In this document: one piece after another, positions 60,104 to 64,000 of the stretch
Numbering within the stretch: position 1 is the stretch's first letter
How the letters are laid out: every line of letters begins with the position of its first letter
From: Octopus sinensis
Lineage: Eukaryota
DNA: 64,000 nt
Assembly (NCBI RefSeq): GCF_006345805.1
Contig: NC_042998.1
Coordinates: forward strand, 42,904,001 to 42,968,000
Direction: 5' to 3'
The notes under the pieces: model-generated
Seen by the model: only the letters and a program-made list of their open reading frames with translations
The model's database searches: none
Told to the model about the DNA's origin: nothing
Made by a program: the position numbers and the translations under genes

Positions 60104-61810
60104 AAAATTCTTAAAAATTCATCCTCTCTGTTTTTTCTCCATGGATTACCAAGAATGAAAATTTGAAAAAAGTAAACAATGAATTTGGTGTGGAGAGGGA
60201 AAAAATTAAAATATCGAGAACGTATTTTGTGGATGAAATGGTAATCTACTGAATCGCAAACATAGGAATCAGGAGAAATATAGGAAAAAAATAAGGGACG
60301 GGGACGGAAATGTCACCTCGAACATGCTAGAAAGAAGAGATAAAGAACTTGATTTCTGGGAAAACTTCCTTTTAAGTTTATATCAACGATCAGGTTTTTA
60401 AATATGCTCATCGTAAACACTAATTACACAATAGAAAAGATTATTTCAATTGGATTTGAGCTGTAAATTTGCACGTGCACACTGCAAGAAATATCAAAAT
60501 TCACACAGAAGTTTTACCTAAAGTGTGTGTATGTGTGCCAAAGGAAGTTATTTTATGGTATTCTTTCATTTGAAGAAGCAAAGTTGTCAAAGTTGTCAAA
60601 GTGAAAAGGCGACATTTGCTTTGAAGTAAGAGGAGAAAGTATAGGATGTATGTGTATATGAAATGGACGTGTGAGAGAGAGTGAGCGAGTGAAGGTGTGT
60701 TGTGATGTATGAATTTTTTTGCATGTGTAAGTGGCATTCACTTGCTCTCTCTCTCTCTCTCACACACACATTATCTTTCATACACATGTACATAGCGGAG
60801 GTAAAGAATATGTACACCACCCGTTTCAAGCGTAACCCCAATCCTAAACACCAGGAGTGCATATTCTTTACCTTCACCCATAAATACATATGCATATATC
60901 TTTTTTGTGAGTGAGAGAGAGAGAGAGTGTGTGTGACTAAATTTCCTCGTAACATGTAGAAAAATGGATGTCTTTTAATGCAATTTTTTGGGTTGTGGCT
61001 TATTTTAATACAATATTCATGTGTACATTTTCATAAATGTTTGTCTGAGTAGAATTCTACGCATGTGTTAAACATCAGACAAAAGTGAAACATTAGAAGC
61101 AAATCGAAATATTGTCTGAATATGACCTGAAAATTGTGCAACCCAACATAGTTGTCAAGGTTATTTTAGGTGTAAAAAAGAGTTGCCGAATCAAAAACAT
61201 AGTTTATTTGGTAGATAGATAATAAGCAGGTTTCTTTATTGTAATACGGATGTGACTAATTTGGAGAAACATTACTTTCATTATTCACACATCGTCACCC
61301 TCATAATACAACACTTTGTAATTTCAGCTCAAATTGAAAGTGTGAAACTATTTTCATTTTCTAATAGTTATGCTATAAAAAAATGGAAAGTCACCAATTT
61401 AGCAAAAGTTATTATGTGACACCAATGTAACAAAGTACAGAAAGTCAACATTTATTTGAAACATGTACTAAATGTTATAAAATTCACAATTGAATATCAC
61501 GGTGAAGAAACTGAAAGTCAAAGAAAATTCAGAAGGCATAATTCAATTTTTCATATAAAATTAATTTATTTTTACAATTTTGAAACGAATGCTGAACAAG
61601 TGTATAGAAAGGAAGATGCTGTTGTACCATTAATTTTAAATATTTGCTGAAGGATGTATGTAGCAAGATATAAATGAATTTGATATTAACTACATATTTT
61701 TTAACTGTGTAACGTTATAGGCTGTAGAATAAATACTAATGCAGTAAAAAGGTTGTGCGACATTGATACAGTGATGAAGAATACAAGGACTGTTAAAAAA
61801 AAAACATTAC

Positions 61811-62000
61811 CTTGAAACTGGTTAGAAGGAGTGGAATAACATTTATGTAATTATACTGAAAGAGCAGCTGAGGCTTTCTACTTGGTCAAGTTTCCGAATT
61901 TGTTATAACGAGAATAACCCTTTTTTTTCAGATATATTAGTGAGTATTGTGAGTGGTGCTAAATCAGCCAAATCTCCATGTAGGTAGTATTTCAAAGTGA
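61811..62000 (-). other. Candidate non-coding 5'UTR exon of the SLC16 gene
   Basis: Coding exon 1 begins with a splice acceptor, so an upstream exon must exist. A strong donor AAG/GTAATG lies at 61810 in non-repetitive sequence. The upstream boundary is a guess and there is no transcript evidence. Confidence 0.3.
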
Positions 62001-62462
62001 ATGATGTTGTTTGTTTCAACATGTTTCACAGTTGGACGTGAGAAATTACATACATTAACACACACATAGATTAACGCACACCTGAAGCCTATCTCTGTCT
62101 GTGTGTGTATTGGACGTCACATAAATATATGTATACGGACAAATACATACACCATCATACACATATACTTGTCGGTCATTGGTCTAATTTAAGTAATGAA
62201 TATACGAACACACTCATATAGAAAATGTGACATCCCTGTCAACAAGGTGATGACATAAAATGTCATTTGCAATAGGTGACTAAAAGAAAATGACAATGTT
62301 AAATTTTTGTAATGCAAATATGTGAATGAAAATATAGTTTAGTTGGTAACCAAAAGCCTACTGAATCTTTTGATACCCATATGTCAAAATCAGCAACTTG
62401 GTTTTGGAATGCATAAGGAACATATGCGCGCGCACACACACACACACACACAAACTCTCTTT

Positions 62463-62494
<32 letters not shown>

Positions 62495-63178
62495 ATTAGG
62501 GAGTAAATCCAAACTTACAGGGAAAAATTAGATTTAGGATTAAATTTAATTTTATAGTATAAATATATATATTAAATTAGAGATAAAACCACTATTAGAC
62601 AAATCAAACAGTGAAAATCATAAACCAATACATAGAAATAAAATTAATAAAAAATATATAAAATATAAAATTTTAAATTTTAAATTCAAAATTTTATATT
62701 TTATATATTTTTTATTAATTAATTTTATTTCTATGTATTGGGACAACTGGTGCTAGTATGTATACGTGCCCGTAAGTTAGCGGTTCAGCAAAAGAACCTG
62801 ATAGAATAAGTACTAGGCTTAACAGAAAAAAAAGGTTGTTTATTTTAACACCCAACCACCAAAAAAAAAAAGTGTAATACATGTAAAAAAAAATGTGTAT
62901 TAAACGAATATGAAGACAAAAATTTGCACCAATAAACTGGAGGGTGGGGAGAGGACTTTTGGAAAATTCACAAGTTCCAATTTTTTCCCTCATAACTTTT
63001 AGGAAAATGGATATCTTTCAATGAAATTTTATATAAATACCTTTCAAATGGCATAGATTATGATTTTTTTAAAAATTCGTGTGGAAAACTGTTTTTCCGA
63101 GGGTGTGGGGAGAGAACTTTTGGAAAATTCACATGATCCGATTTTTTCCCACATAACTTTTAGGAAAATGGATATCTT

Positions 63179-63481
63179 TGTTGTATAGTGAAACTGTATG
63201 CCCCTCCCGGTAAAGAGTGGTAGGAGCCAGCCATTATAAATAGACCAGTAGCTGGTCATCAAGAGAGGGTCGAAAGTCAAAGAGTTGAGAGTCAACAGTT
63301 CTAGTCAGTGTCTTATGGAGCTATCAGTGATAGTAAGACAAAAGTTAGTATATTACTATTCCAATACGATGAGATACAACAGTATCCAATGACTAGTAAC
63401 TTTTGTGGCTACTAGTGTAAAACAGCAACAGCACAACAGCAGTCACACATCACACCAGTGGGAGGAACCCACTTTACAACA
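63179..63481 (+). mobile_element. Solo LTR (BEL/Pao-like)
   Basis: TGTTGTATAGTG...CACTTTACAACA termini (11/12 inverted match), exact 5-bp TSD ATCTT (63174-78 / 63482-86) and TATAAATA at 63237. Confidence 0.8.
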
Positions 63482-63495
63482 ATCTTTTAATGAAA

Positions 63496-63884
63496 TCTTT
63501 ATATATAAAAGTGAAGTTGTGTGTCTGTCTCCTACGATCTAGATTCCTAACTACTCCCACATTTTGCGGTGCAGTTTAACCAAAACCGGGTATCTTATAG
63601 TCGTGATTCATATCGAGCCCTTCTGGGTATTAGTGCGCGTCTACGATGAGTCTACAATTTAAAAAAAAATTTACCATCATTTTTTTCCATTTTAATGCAT
63701 TTTTCTTGCTATTATATAAGGGAAGTAACTCTCTAAAAATGTCTACGATGAGTCAACGATTTAAAAAAAAATTTACCATAATTTTTTTCCCATTTTTAAT
63801 GCATTTTTTTGCTATTTTTTGGCTATAACTCTCTAAAAATGCTTATATAGTTATTTCCCTTACAAACCCGAGCGATACTGCTAG
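63496..63884 (+). mobile_element. Non-autonomous Helitron
   Basis: Begins TC, ends CTAG, inserted between A (63495) and T (63885) with no TSD. Internal tandem repeat of about 100 bp x2 (63639-63840). Confidence 0.85.
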
Positions 63885-64000
63885 TTTTATATAAATGCCT
63901 TTCAAACAGCATAGATTATGATTATAAAAAAAATTGTGGGGAAAATTTCTTTCCAAGGATGTGGGAGAGGACTTTCAAAGAGAAAAAATTCATAAATTAC

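Larger units (their letters stand above)
62940..64000. repeat. Tandem repeat with unit of about 160 bp, interrupted by the solo LTR and the Helitron
   Basis: Unit gagggtg(t)ggggagagga...ggaaaatggatatcttt..aatgaaattttatataaat...gcatagattatgatt starts at 62940, 63099 and about 63955. Confidence 0.8.

Overview
AT-rich, repeat-dense eukaryotic genomic DNA, most likely from Octopus or another coleoid cephalopod (inferred from the OR1/OR2-like CORE-SINEs and the repeat landscape; not provable from this window). One complete protein-coding gene can be assembled by hand on the minus strand: a monocarboxylate-transporter (SLC16/MFS) gene with 7 coding exons at 53578-53428, 50698-50582, 43466-43323, 38201-37940, 36417-35893, 31635-31397 and 29099-28948. 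All introns are GT-AG with consistent phases, giving 1590 nt or 529 aa; exons 1 and 3 are not in the ORF track. The rest is mostly transposon-derived: a young, 5'-truncated CR1-type LINE (8.1-11.2 kb), remnants of CR1, RTE, R4/Dong-like and CRE-like LINEs, at least four SINE-like families, mariner, pogo, hAT and piggyBac MITEs, Helitron pieces, a solo LTR, foldback palindromes and microsatellites. There is no CRISPR array, rRNA gene or intact tRNA. The strongest candidate for something undescribed is a canonical -1 slippery heptamer (G GGA AAC) immediately before the LINE ORF1 stop, in the correct frame to enter an ORF2 that has no upstream AUG. Other candidates are two GC-rich, RTE-5'UTR-like elements with dense RNA secondary structure, a 104-bp templated insertion, and an old intronic duplication whose copies show each other's empty insertion sites. 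Alignments, translations and folds were done by eye; no database search was run.
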